Origin: a virus
Taxonomy: Duplodnaviria; Caudoviricetes
DNA: 64,000 nt
IMG/VR virus record: IMGVR_UViG_3300032312_001422
Location: 160,001 to 224,000 of that record
Reading direction: 5' to 3' (one strand)
Of the stretch, positions 36,805-44,592 are shown in pieces; position 1 is the stretch's first letter; every line of letters starts with the position of its first letter. The notes under the pieces are model-generated. The model saw nothing but the letters and a program-made list of their open reading frames with translations, was not told where the DNA came from and made no database searches. Made by a program: the position numbers and the translations under genes.

Positions 36805-37637
36805 TTTGTTAGTACGTTATTATAATGTAAAATCACACTTTCGTCATCCTGGGCAGTTGGACACATGGTACATACCTGATGTGGTCGACCATAATTGTTT
36901 AGGAATGCCGCTATATCAGAATCTGGGCTGTCCGGAGTAATGTACTTGCCTTTGTATGGATCCCATGCAGGATCTACGTTGCCAAAACGATCCAGTGTTT
37001 GTTCTAGGCCGCCCAAGGTACTGCACTTGTACATGCGACCATTGAACATCAACGGACATTTCTGTTGCATACAGATATTGAAACTGTCTGCCGGGTTTGA
37101 GTCAAACGGCATCATGTTAGGATAGTCGTTCCGGTAGTACTTGATAAATGTCAGTGGACGATTGACTTGAAAACGCAAACCATTTGTAGTCTTGTATCGG
37201 TATATACCAAACTCGTACACAGGTTCCCACTTGTACATTGAGAATATTTTAGCTATTACGTTTTCAACACGTTCGCTGTGTTGATGCACAGTAATTTTAA
37301 AAACAAAGTTGCCCACTTCGTGTGCTGTTTCTACAACATCCAAGTGCCGGTCCAATAGCTCTCCATTGGTACTAAAGCGTATAGGGCTTGTGGGTAATAA
37401 CTCACGTAGGCCACGTATCCACAGTTTGAGTTCAGGGTTGATCAAGGGCTCACCTCCCATGATACCGAAGTCTTCAATTGCCATTCTGGGCAACCACGAT
37501 TCTATTTCTTGACGGCCGTCTGCCCAAGGAACATAACCTGTGTGTTTTAAGTCAGCATAATTACTGCACCCAACACAACTCAGGTTACAAAATTGTGTAA
37601 CCATCATTTCTACAAAAGGTAAGTGATGTTTAGTCAT
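36801..37637 (-). CDS. Radical SAM enzyme (short, C-terminal Cys cluster)
   Basis: CNLSCVGC, MGGEP, FSTNG. C-terminal CMQQKC...KCS...CTMC. Confidence 0.88.
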   Translation of the reverse strand: MTKHHLPFVEMMVTQFCNLSCVGCSNYADLKHTGYVPWADGRQEIESWLPRMAIEDFGIMGGEPLINPELKLWIRGLRELLPTSPIRFSTNGELLDRHLDVVETAHEVGNFVFKITVHQHSERVENVIAKIFSMYKWEPVYEFGIYRYKTTNGLRFQVNRPLTFIKYYRNDYPNMMPFDSNPADSFNICMQQKCPLMFNGRMYKCSTLGGLEQTLDRFGNVDPAWDPYKGKYITPDSPDSDIAAFLNNYGRPHQVCTMCPTAQDDESVILHYNNVLTK

Positions 37638-38676
37638 TGAATGTGTTCTGTATTTGTTGATGTGTTAGTGCCATGAATACATTATAGTTATGATCAAGTA
37701 CGGATTGCATATTGTTTAGTGTTGTAATTAGTTTTTCTGGACTCCATAGACCAATGGTGTTGATTAATTTTAATATTTCTCGTACACGCCACTGCATACC
37801 ATATTCATCATAACCTTCGTCCCAAAATTCATTGAATGTTTGAAATCCTAAGCGACGCAGGTTAGCCAAATGATTTCTACCACCCATGGTAATAAATGGC
37901 CGACGTGCCAGGATAGGACGCCAAGTTTTTTCTGTGGCAAAACAAACCTCATCACGCACAAATGTTTCATGCACAATGTCAACAAATATATTATTATAGT
38001 ATTGTAATATATTAAGATTTGCTGGCAATTGTATAGGATAACAATCATCCTGTTTGATATATGTAGACATGTTTTTGATTGCTTCTATTTCTTCAGGAAT
38101 AAATTGAGGACAGGTTTTTAAAAATTCCACAGCCACGTCAATTTGATCACATTCCATTTTAACTAAATCTTCTAATCCTACAAAATCACAAAGGCCATCA
38201 TTTTTTACCAAATAGTGTGTGCCAATGCCAGTATTATATGTTTGGAATGTTTTGTCTCTAAAGTTTTTATGCAATGCTGATGCTATCCACAATCTATTCC
38301 AGTTGCTTTTTCCAATAAAATGTCCAAAATGTAAATTGGGGTGTTGTCCAGTATCTACTGAGTTATTTGTCAGCCACTTTTGTATAACTGGAAGTTCGAA
38401 CCAGGCACCAGCATCTTTTACGATTGTGTACTCAGGGTGTTGCTCGATCATGTTGCCTGTACGTATACTAATGTTCTGTTTATTGTATCCGGTGTGTTTG
38501 CAAAACGCATCTAGATATCTGTACAATCCGCATCCTTCCAAACTTGATCCTTCTGGGACAACTGTTAATTTTGCAGAGTGTTTGTTGTTTAAGCAATCGT
38601 ACAGGTGCATAACCAACAAGTCTTTACGCCAAAACTTATTGTCATTGATGCCAACGTGATATTCTTTATTCAACAT
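37630..38676 (-). CDS. GT10-like putative glycosyltransferase (copy 4)
   Basis: DIVHET...ATEKTWRPI...PFITMG...GFQTFNEFWDEGYD. Confidence 0.55.
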   Translation of the reverse strand: MLNKEYHVGINDNKFWRKDLLVMHLYDCLNNKHSAKLTVVPEGSSLEGCGLYRYLDAFCKHTGYNKQNISIRTGNMIEQHPEYTIVKDAGAWFELPVIQKWLTNNSVDTGQHPNLHFGHFIGKSNWNRLWIASALHKNFRDKTFQTYNTGIGTHYLVKNDGLCDFVGLEDLVKMECDQIDVAVEFLKTCPQFIPEEIEAIKNMSTYIKQDDCYPIQLPANLNILQYYNNIFVDIVHETFVRDEVCFATEKTWRPILARRPFITMGGRNHLANLRRLGFQTFNEFWDEGYDEYGMQWRVREILKLINTIGLWSPEKLITTLNNMQSVLDHNYNVFMALTHQQIQNTFND

Positions 38677-39628
38677 AGGTTATTTGAGTAGTAAATTTTT
38701 TACTTAATAGCAACTCGTAGTTGTGATCAAGTACGGATTGCATGTGATTGTACATATCTTGTAATTCTGCGTGTGACTTGTTGGCCAATGAATCGATCAA
38801 TGTCAGTATTTTTTTGTATCGATGTTCTGTGTTGTGTCCATCATAGCTTTCGTCCCAAAATTCATTAAATGTACGAAATCCCATTTGCCGCAAGTGTATT
38901 AAAAAACATTTTGGACCCATTACAATAAACGGTTTTTTCATCAGCATAGGTCTTACAGTTTTTTCTGTAGGATAAAATGAACGTCCCGCAACAAAAGTTT
39001 CTACTACCACATCAATTAAAAAATCAGTATAAAATTCACAGAGCTGATCAGTGTGATTAACTACAGTATCGCCAATTGTACACCCATCCACAGTTTCCAA
39101 CTGTACAGGAAAATCTTTATAACAATTCATAAAAAATTGTAACGATTCTGGATCTACTTCAAATAGTTTTTCTAATTCAAACATTGGTCGCTGATCTTTA
39201 TTGTGCGGATCGAATCTAAAATTTAACAATGTTTTGTTGTAATATTTGGTATGCAAATAACTGGCCAATCCCACTCGGGGCCAAGTTGGACGATTGTAAA
39301 AAACACCAAATTGTTTTGCACCTGACCATGCGTGATACTGACTATAGTCTATTGTTTCTGGCACTACAAAATACTGAAACGCATCTCTATGTACAACTAT
39401 TTTATAGTTATTATTTGACTCTACTATATTGTTTGTACATATTTCAACTGATTTAAAAGAAAAAAAATCCAATAATCGATACACTCCCAAATTTTCTAAA
39501 CATGCACCTTCAGGTATGGCAACATGAATTGATTTTCCTTGCCAATCTATCAGGAATTGTACCAATTCATCATAGTTCCAGATTGTGGTATCATTTATGT
39601 TGAGAATAACTTCGTTTTCAAGTTTCAT
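38666..39628 (-). CDS. GT10-like putative glycosyltransferase (copy 5)
   Basis: DVVVET...PTEKTVRPM...GFRTFNEFWDESYD. Clearly paralogous to 34448..35404 along its length. Confidence 0.55.
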   Translation of the reverse strand: MKLENEVILNINDTTIWNYDELVQFLIDWQGKSIHVAIPEGACLENLGVYRLLDFFSFKSVEICTNNIVESNNNYKIVVHRDAFQYFVVPETIDYSQYHAWSGAKQFGVFYNRPTWPRVGLASYLHTKYYNKTLLNFRFDPHNKDQRPMFELEKLFEVDPESLQFFMNCYKDFPVQLETVDGCTIGDTVVNHTDQLCEFYTDFLIDVVVETFVAGRSFYPTEKTVRPMLMKKPFIVMGPKCFLIHLRQMGFRTFNEFWDESYDGHNTEHRYKKILTLIDSLANKSHAELQDMYNHMQSVLDHNYELLLSKKFTTQITYVE

Positions 39629-40335
39629 ATATAGTTATTTTTTATCAAATGATCGTGCAACTGGTCTGCATATTGTTGGTGTGCAATTGGCATTGGATGT
39701 AACGTATCATCAAATGCATTGAGTTTTTTAGCAACACCATGCAAACATACATCAGTAAAAAAGTTTTTATCATCAATCATATTATATAAACTGTCACATT
39801 CTTTTATGCGTGATAAAGGCCGGTACGGTATAAAAACATAAGGAATATTTGTTGCTTTTAATGTGTTTTGTAAAGATATTATTTTTACAATAGTAGAAAA
39901 AATATGGTCTTTAAGGCCAGTTACTTTATAGTACTCATGTACCACGCGACCTAGGCTATCATCTTTTTTGCGATTTAAATGACCTCCCCCAAACACCCAA
40001 TTTTTTTGTACGTAGTCTTGATCATTGATTGGAAATATTTTTTTACTGGGCCAGTCATTTTGCTGACTTTCATAGTATGATGTAGTTTTAATGTCGCTAA
40101 ATTGGTGAATATTTCTAACTCTGAAGTCAAATCTTTCTGCATAAGACCACATAATCAATACAAGGTTGTATGGTCGCTGACTGATTTCAGCCACAGTAGC
40201 TTCATGTATATATGTGTTGCCAGCACACGCCATTGATAAATTTACAATGTTACAATTTGGTATTTTTTCCTGTAACAGGTAAGGCCAGGACCCTTCTCCG
40301 CGGGAGACTGAACTTCCATTAATTAGTATATTCAT
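39625..40335 (-). CDS. SGNH-like protein (copy 9)
   Basis: INGSSVSRG, SMACAGN, DTLHPMPIAH. Confidence 0.6.
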   Translation of the reverse strand: MNILINGSSVSRGEGSWPYLLQEKIPNCNIVNLSMACAGNTYIHEATVAEISQRPYNLVLIMWSYAERFDFRVRNIHQFSDIKTTSYYESQQNDWPSKKIFPINDQDYVQKNWVFGGGHLNRKKDDSLGRVVHEYYKVTGLKDHIFSTIVKIISLQNTLKATNIPYVFIPYRPLSRIKECDSLYNMIDDKNFFTDVCLHGVAKKLNAFDDTLHPMPIAHQQYADQLHDHLIKNNYI

Positions 40336-41231
40336 TCTCTAACCATTGGTCCTTGATTTTTAAATTGGCTCTTATAGTGATGCTTAAAAAATTTACTTTC
40401 CTCAGGATCCATGTCCACAATAGGTAAACCAAGACGTGTGCGTAGGGCTTCTCCTACACCCCGGCATTGGTCCGGACCATCTTGTTCAAAACTTTTCCAC
40501 AACATTGCTAGGATATCAAAATCCTGTACTTGTCGATGATCCCATCCTTCCAACATCATCATGTATGTGCCAAGTCGTGCTCCGTAAATGGCCCAAAAAC
40601 CATTTTCAACATCTGCTCCTACGCTTTGCCAAATGCACAAATTATCATAGTTGCGAGTATTGACACGACTTTCAAATTCCTGCAAGGAAATCTTTGCTCC
40701 ACGGTCCAGTGCCATCTTCACACCCTCGCGGAATCCGGCTCGCCATGCCTGATAAGGTGTTGCATTGGGATAGGTAGTTGAGTAGCAATCATTCATTGAC
40801 CAATAGTCAGGATAAAAACAAAACTCTACATCATTTTCTGCAGACCCATCTGAGGCTTCGTGTGTACGCATTGAATAGATAAAGTCCTTGGTCCAACAAC
40901 TCATTCCCCCGTTGCCGTATAAAAGACCATTGATAATGTTACGAGCTTTCCAACGAAACACACAGTCATTACTACCACTATCCAGTTGAAGTTGGAGGTT
41001 GAAAAAAGCGGGATCAGGAACATTGTCCCCATCAATGATAATAAACCGATCGGTATCGCTGTTATCAGCAGCCGCTTTATGTGCGGCATCCGATCCTTTA
41101 ACCCCGTCCACTCGCTTGGCCCAGGGCACCATGTTTTGTATTTTAATCCAATTAGTTTCTTTATTAGGTTCATCATAAGTTAGGTATATGCAGTCTAGAT
41201 CTGCAACGTCAATTAATTGTTTTTCTGTCAT
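40332..41231 (-). CDS. GT-A-fold putative glycosyltransferase
   Basis: DCIYLTYDEP, FIIIDGDN (DxD), ARNIINGLLYGNGG. Confidence 0.55.
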   Translation of the reverse strand: MTEKQLIDVADLDCIYLTYDEPNKETNWIKIQNMVPWAKRVDGVKGSDAAHKAAADNSDTDRFIIIDGDNVPDPAFFNLQLQLDSGSNDCVFRWKARNIINGLLYGNGGMSCWTKDFIYSMRTHEASDGSAENDVEFCFYPDYWSMNDCYSTTYPNATPYQAWRAGFREGVKMALDRGAKISLQEFESRVNTRNYDNLCIWQSVGADVENGFWAIYGARLGTYMMMLEGWDHRQVQDFDILAMLWKSFEQDGPDQCRGVGEALRTRLGLPIVDMDPEESKFFKHHYKSQFKNQGPMVRE

Positions 41232-41577
41232 AATATTCTATATCTTGATATTGTTCATTGGGCGCCAATGCCAGTGCAGCCAGACCTCGAACCACTGGTT
41301 GACCGGTGTTGCTTTTTGCAAGATGCGTTCGTGTTATCTTTGTGTCGATGATTTTTAGTTCGCCGTTGATTACACGTAATCTGCTGGTGTTGGTTTTAAA
41401 AAATACATCGGGATTGTCTATCACAATGTAATTGGTGTCAGGCGGATGAGCAGTTTCACAGTACATGGTAACGTTGCCTTCTTCGTCATAGTATATCCTG
41501 GGCTCTGTGATCAGTACGGGACGTTGACGATTGTATTCTTCAACCAATTGTAGTGCTTCAAGCAATTCTGGATTCAT
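41209..41577 (-). CDS. Hypothetical protein
   Basis: 122 aa, overlaps both neighbours. Confidence 0.7.
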   Translation of the reverse strand: MNPELLEALQLVEEYNRQRPVLITEPRIYYDEEGNVTMYCETAHPPDTNYIVIDNPDVFFKTNTSRLRVINGELKIIDTKITRTHLAKSNTGQPVVRGLAALALAPNEQYQDIEYYDRKTIN

Positions 41578-42409
41578 ACCATTCTTTCATTTCGGCTGTG
41601 ACAAAATCTTTTTCAAAATAGTGTAACGGTTGTAGTTGGTTTACGTTGTTGATACGAATCATACCCGAATCGAACTCTGTAACCAATTGGTCAGTTACTG
41701 GTGTAGTTTCTTCTATACCATTGATTGCTGGCTTTAGATGTACAAAGTTTAAGAAATCCATGCTGGGCATTGTACAAGTTTCTTGACCAACCATAACAGC
41801 AGCCAGGGCGTACATCACATCTGTGCTGGGTTCAGTCTCAACACAATGTTTAAGACCTGCACGTACATACTCCCAATTCTGTTGTATATACTGTGCAGCA
41901 TCAAAGAACTGTTTGGCTTCTTGACTAAATCTAAAATACATCAAGCCGTTATACACGTCTGGCAAACGGTTTGCATCAAACAGTTCTCTATACCAGCGTA
42001 CAGTACTGTTGATACCTAAATAATTTTTGCATCCGTGGCTTAGACAAACGTTCTTTAATCTAAATGCTGTCCACCAATGATCAATTGATCGTGTAAACAG
42101 TAAGTCAGACTCTAGTTTAATAGTTTCTTTAAATGGTGTAAGTCGAAACACTTGCCATTCGTTCGCAAACTTTCTAGTACTGGCAGAGTCATTATGATCC
42201 ACGGGAAGATCAATAACATAATCAAAAACACGACGATGACGTTCATTTACTTTCTCCTGAGTAGCAGTATCAACAATGACTGCATATTTGTTTTGTGTTT
42301 GAGTTGCTTTGATATTCAATGCTTGTATATAGGCCAATTCAAGATAATCTATATCCTGTGTGTTTTGTGCAAAAGTTACAAAACCTTGTTGTTCTTTATG
42401 CTGTGACAT
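41558..42409 (-). CDS. GT8-like putative glycosyltransferase
   Basis: GFVTFA...DYLELA, TPFKETIKLESD, YNGLMYF. Confidence 0.6.
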   Translation of the reverse strand: MSQHKEQQGFVTFAQNTQDIDYLELAYIQALNIKATQTQNKYAVIVDTATQEKVNERHRRVFDYVIDLPVDHNDSASTRKFANEWQVFRLTPFKETIKLESDLLFTRSIDHWWTAFRLKNVCLSHGCKNYLGINSTVRWYRELFDANRLPDVYNGLMYFRFSQEAKQFFDAAQYIQQNWEYVRAGLKHCVETEPSTDVMYALAAVMVGQETCTMPSMDFLNFVHLKPAINGIEETTPVTDQLVTEFDSGMIRINNVNQLQPLHYFEKDFVTAEMKEWYESRIA

Positions 42410-43184
42410 TGTTAATAAACTCTTTAAAATTATTGCTTTGTAAATATTGTTTGCTCATTACGTGCATGTTCATTCGTGGAACCACATAAGCAGTTTTCTG
42501 ATCTTTGATAATTACTCGATTGCCTTGCAATACAATTGATTCAATTGGTTGTAGTATGTTCAGCATGGGTCCTGGTATACTGACATCAGAAACAGCAAAC
42601 CCATTTAGTATTATGTCGGCCATGGCAAATGCATAATCGTTTCTGTAACTTCTACTTTCCGCATTAAACAATTCTCTGTAGTAGTGATAGTTGGCTTCAA
42701 TTCGTTGCACCAAGTCAAAAAATACCTTGGCACGACTGGTTTTTCTAAATGCAAAAACCGTGGCCCACACATAAGGTAAACTGTGAGCACCCATAACACC
42801 AGGTACATATTCATCATTTAAACTTCTGGCCGATCGTTGCAACAGGTAATCCCAGGGCAAATCAAATATTTTTAACAAGCCGGCATCTTGTACCACATAG
42901 TCCACATCAATAACCAAGGTTTCGTCATATGGGCTTAACTCATAACAGAGATTGCGACCAAAATTTTTCCATTCAACTGGTTGACCAAGATCCACATCAT
43001 GTCTGTAGTTATGCCAGTTTTTATCAGCCCTGTGATCTTCAGTGATGATGGTATAAGGTAAATCTAATACCCGAGCAGCCAATGCAACAGTTTGCTCAGC
43101 AATAGCCGTATAGTCTGTGGTTGCTGTGTTGATAGCAAACGCAACAATACCTCTAGATTTTTCTGATCTGTTTGAGTTCTGCAT
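42396..43184 (-). CDS. GT8-like putative glycosyltransferase
   Basis: GIVAFA...DY, SPYDETLVIDVD (DxD), WATVFAF, RNDYAF. Paralogue of the adjacent gene. Confidence 0.65.
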   Translation of the reverse strand: MQNSNRSEKSRGIVAFAINTATTDYTAIAEQTVALAARVLDLPYTIITEDHRADKNWHNYRHDVDLGQPVEWKNFGRNLCYELSPYDETLVIDVDYVVQDAGLLKIFDLPWDYLLQRSARSLNDEYVPGVMGAHSLPYVWATVFAFRKTSRAKVFFDLVQRIEANYHYYRELFNAESRSYRNDYAFAMADIILNGFAVSDVSIPGPMLNILQPIESIVLQGNRVIIKDQKTAYVVPRMNMHVMSKQYLQSNNFKEFINNVTA

Positions 43185-43467
43185 GTTCTTGATGCCAGCG
43201 GTTCATTACTTTTTGATAGTGTTCTCTACACAAAGTCAACAATTCAATTCGATCAACTTCAATGGGATTGTGATATGTATCTTCAAGATAAACTGTGTTG
43301 TTGGGCCATGTGGTTAAAAAGCCAATCAACTCTGTGGTAACAAAAAACAAGCCACCGTTATAGGCAACGTGTAGGTCTGTTAGAATCTTTTCACGTAGGA
43401 TTTGTTTGTTGATTTGATAATCGGTGGCAAGACGCACTTGCTCAACAAGTTGATTGATATCTGACAT
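43153..43467 (-). CDS. Hypothetical protein, first gene of the modification operon
   Basis: 104 aa directly downstream of the 43499-43527 promoter. Confidence 0.75.
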   Translation of the reverse strand: MSDINQLVEQVRLATDYQINKQILREKILTDLHVAYNGGLFFVTTELIGFLTTWPNNTVYLEDTYHNPIEVDRIELLTLCREHYQKVMNRWHQEHAELKQIRKI

Positions 43468-43498
43468 AGTTAAAATAGATAGAATAAAGGCATAGTAT

Positions 43499-43527
43499 AG
43501 TTTACACTAACTATGCCTGGTTGTCAA
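43499..43527 (-). promoter_or_regulatory. Sigma70-like promoter overlapped by a 9 bp inverted repeat
   Basis: Minus-strand TTGACA-N17-TAAACT. AGGCATAGT (43488-43496) and ACTATGCCT (43510-43518) flank the -10 box. Confidence 0.65.
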
Positions 43528-43544
43528 CTGGGTTAACTAGAAAA

Positions 43545-44540
43545 TTAAATCGAACTAATAGTTACCGCACCCCAGGTATTGCTTAGATTTGTGGTTGACG
43601 GGAAGCTGACATCAACTGTTCTGATCACGTTGACACCAAATGAGTCGTCAAAACTAAAAGTGCCATTGTCGCCACCGGAAAATGTTTGTATAACAGTCCA
43701 AAAATCCACGTTGATACCGTTACCGTTGTTGCTGCCTTGGCTGCCATTGGGGTTTACATAAACATAAATCTTATTTGATGTATAGTTGGCTGTGGTACCG
43801 GTAATATCAATAATGGTATTATTGGAATCGAATGTACTGGTCCAATATCCAGGAGCGGTACTGTTGGTGACCACTGTACCAGACGATCCGGTCCGACCAC
43901 CGTTGGTATTGGCACCAAATGTGGCTACGCCGCCTGCAAATCCTAATAAACTAATAATTGAATTGGTACGACTAGTGGTACTGGAATTTTGTGTTCCACT
44001 TAGATTTAATTTTAGACGTCCGCCAGCATTGAAGAAATAACGAGCTTGGTCAGCACTGGCAAAGGTGCATCTGGTACCAAATGCTCTGGTCACACTGGTC
44101 ACACTGGATCCACCAGCGGGTGGATTTGAGCCGGGTGGAGATACGGTCACGTTCCAGGCCGTGCTTAAACTGCCGCCCACTGCTGTGGCCACTGCCAAAT
44201 TTGAGGCAAATGATAATCTTGAGGTGTATGCAGCAGCAATTATTGTGGTTAGATTGCTCAAAAAATCAACTTTATTACCGGATACCACTGGGAGAATTTC
44301 TGATACAGATCCGGTTTGATGTGCTCTGGCGCTGTTTAGATTGTTGATCAAAGTGGCCCATTGTGTGGCTGTGATTGTGTTGGTAGCAGCAACTTGACTT
44401 ATAGCAGTCTGCCCATATCCAGCACTTCCAGAACCGACAGCCCATACAGTATTGATACGGTTGGTGGTGCTACCGGGACTGGTACCTATTAGATTATTAT
44501 AATCTGAAGCATCAATTTTATCGCCTTGTGCATAACTCAT
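43545..44540 (-). CDS. Virion structural protein (Thr/Ser/Gly/Asn-rich)
   Basis: GYGQT...ATQWATL...AHQTG and FFNAGG motifs typical of large-myovirus virion proteins. Located in the structural block. Confidence 0.6.
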   Translation of the reverse strand: MSYAQGDKIDASDYNNLIGTSPGSTTNRINTVWAVGSGSAGYGQTAISQVAATNTITATQWATLINNLNSARAHQTGSVSEILPVVSGNKVDFLSNLTTIIAAAYTSRLSFASNLAVATAVGGSLSTAWNVTVSPPGSNPPAGGSSVTSVTRAFGTRCTFASADQARYFFNAGGRLKLNLSGTQNSSTTSRTNSIISLLGFAGGVATFGANTNGGRTGSSGTVVTNSTAPGYWTSTFDSNNTIIDITGTTANYTSNKIYVYVNPNGSQGSNNGNGINVDFWTVIQTFSGGDNGTFSFDDSFGVNVIRTVDVSFPSTTNLSNTWGAVTISSI

Positions 44541-44592
44541 AATTTATTTCCTGTTTATATTACTTATCTTTTTGTAATGTTTTAGTTAAAAT

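Noticed and set aside
26077-37637. 7-deazaguanine (QueE/QueC/QueD/FolE) DNA-modification pathway
   Set aside because: None of the radical SAM proteins resembles compact QueE, and no QueC, QueD, FolE or DpdA motifs are present in the window.
12010-43467. Contaminating or prophage-flanking bacterial LPS/capsule locus
   Set aside because: No wzx/wzy/ABC exporter or housekeeping context, phage-style gene overlaps throughout, and direct continuity with virion genes.
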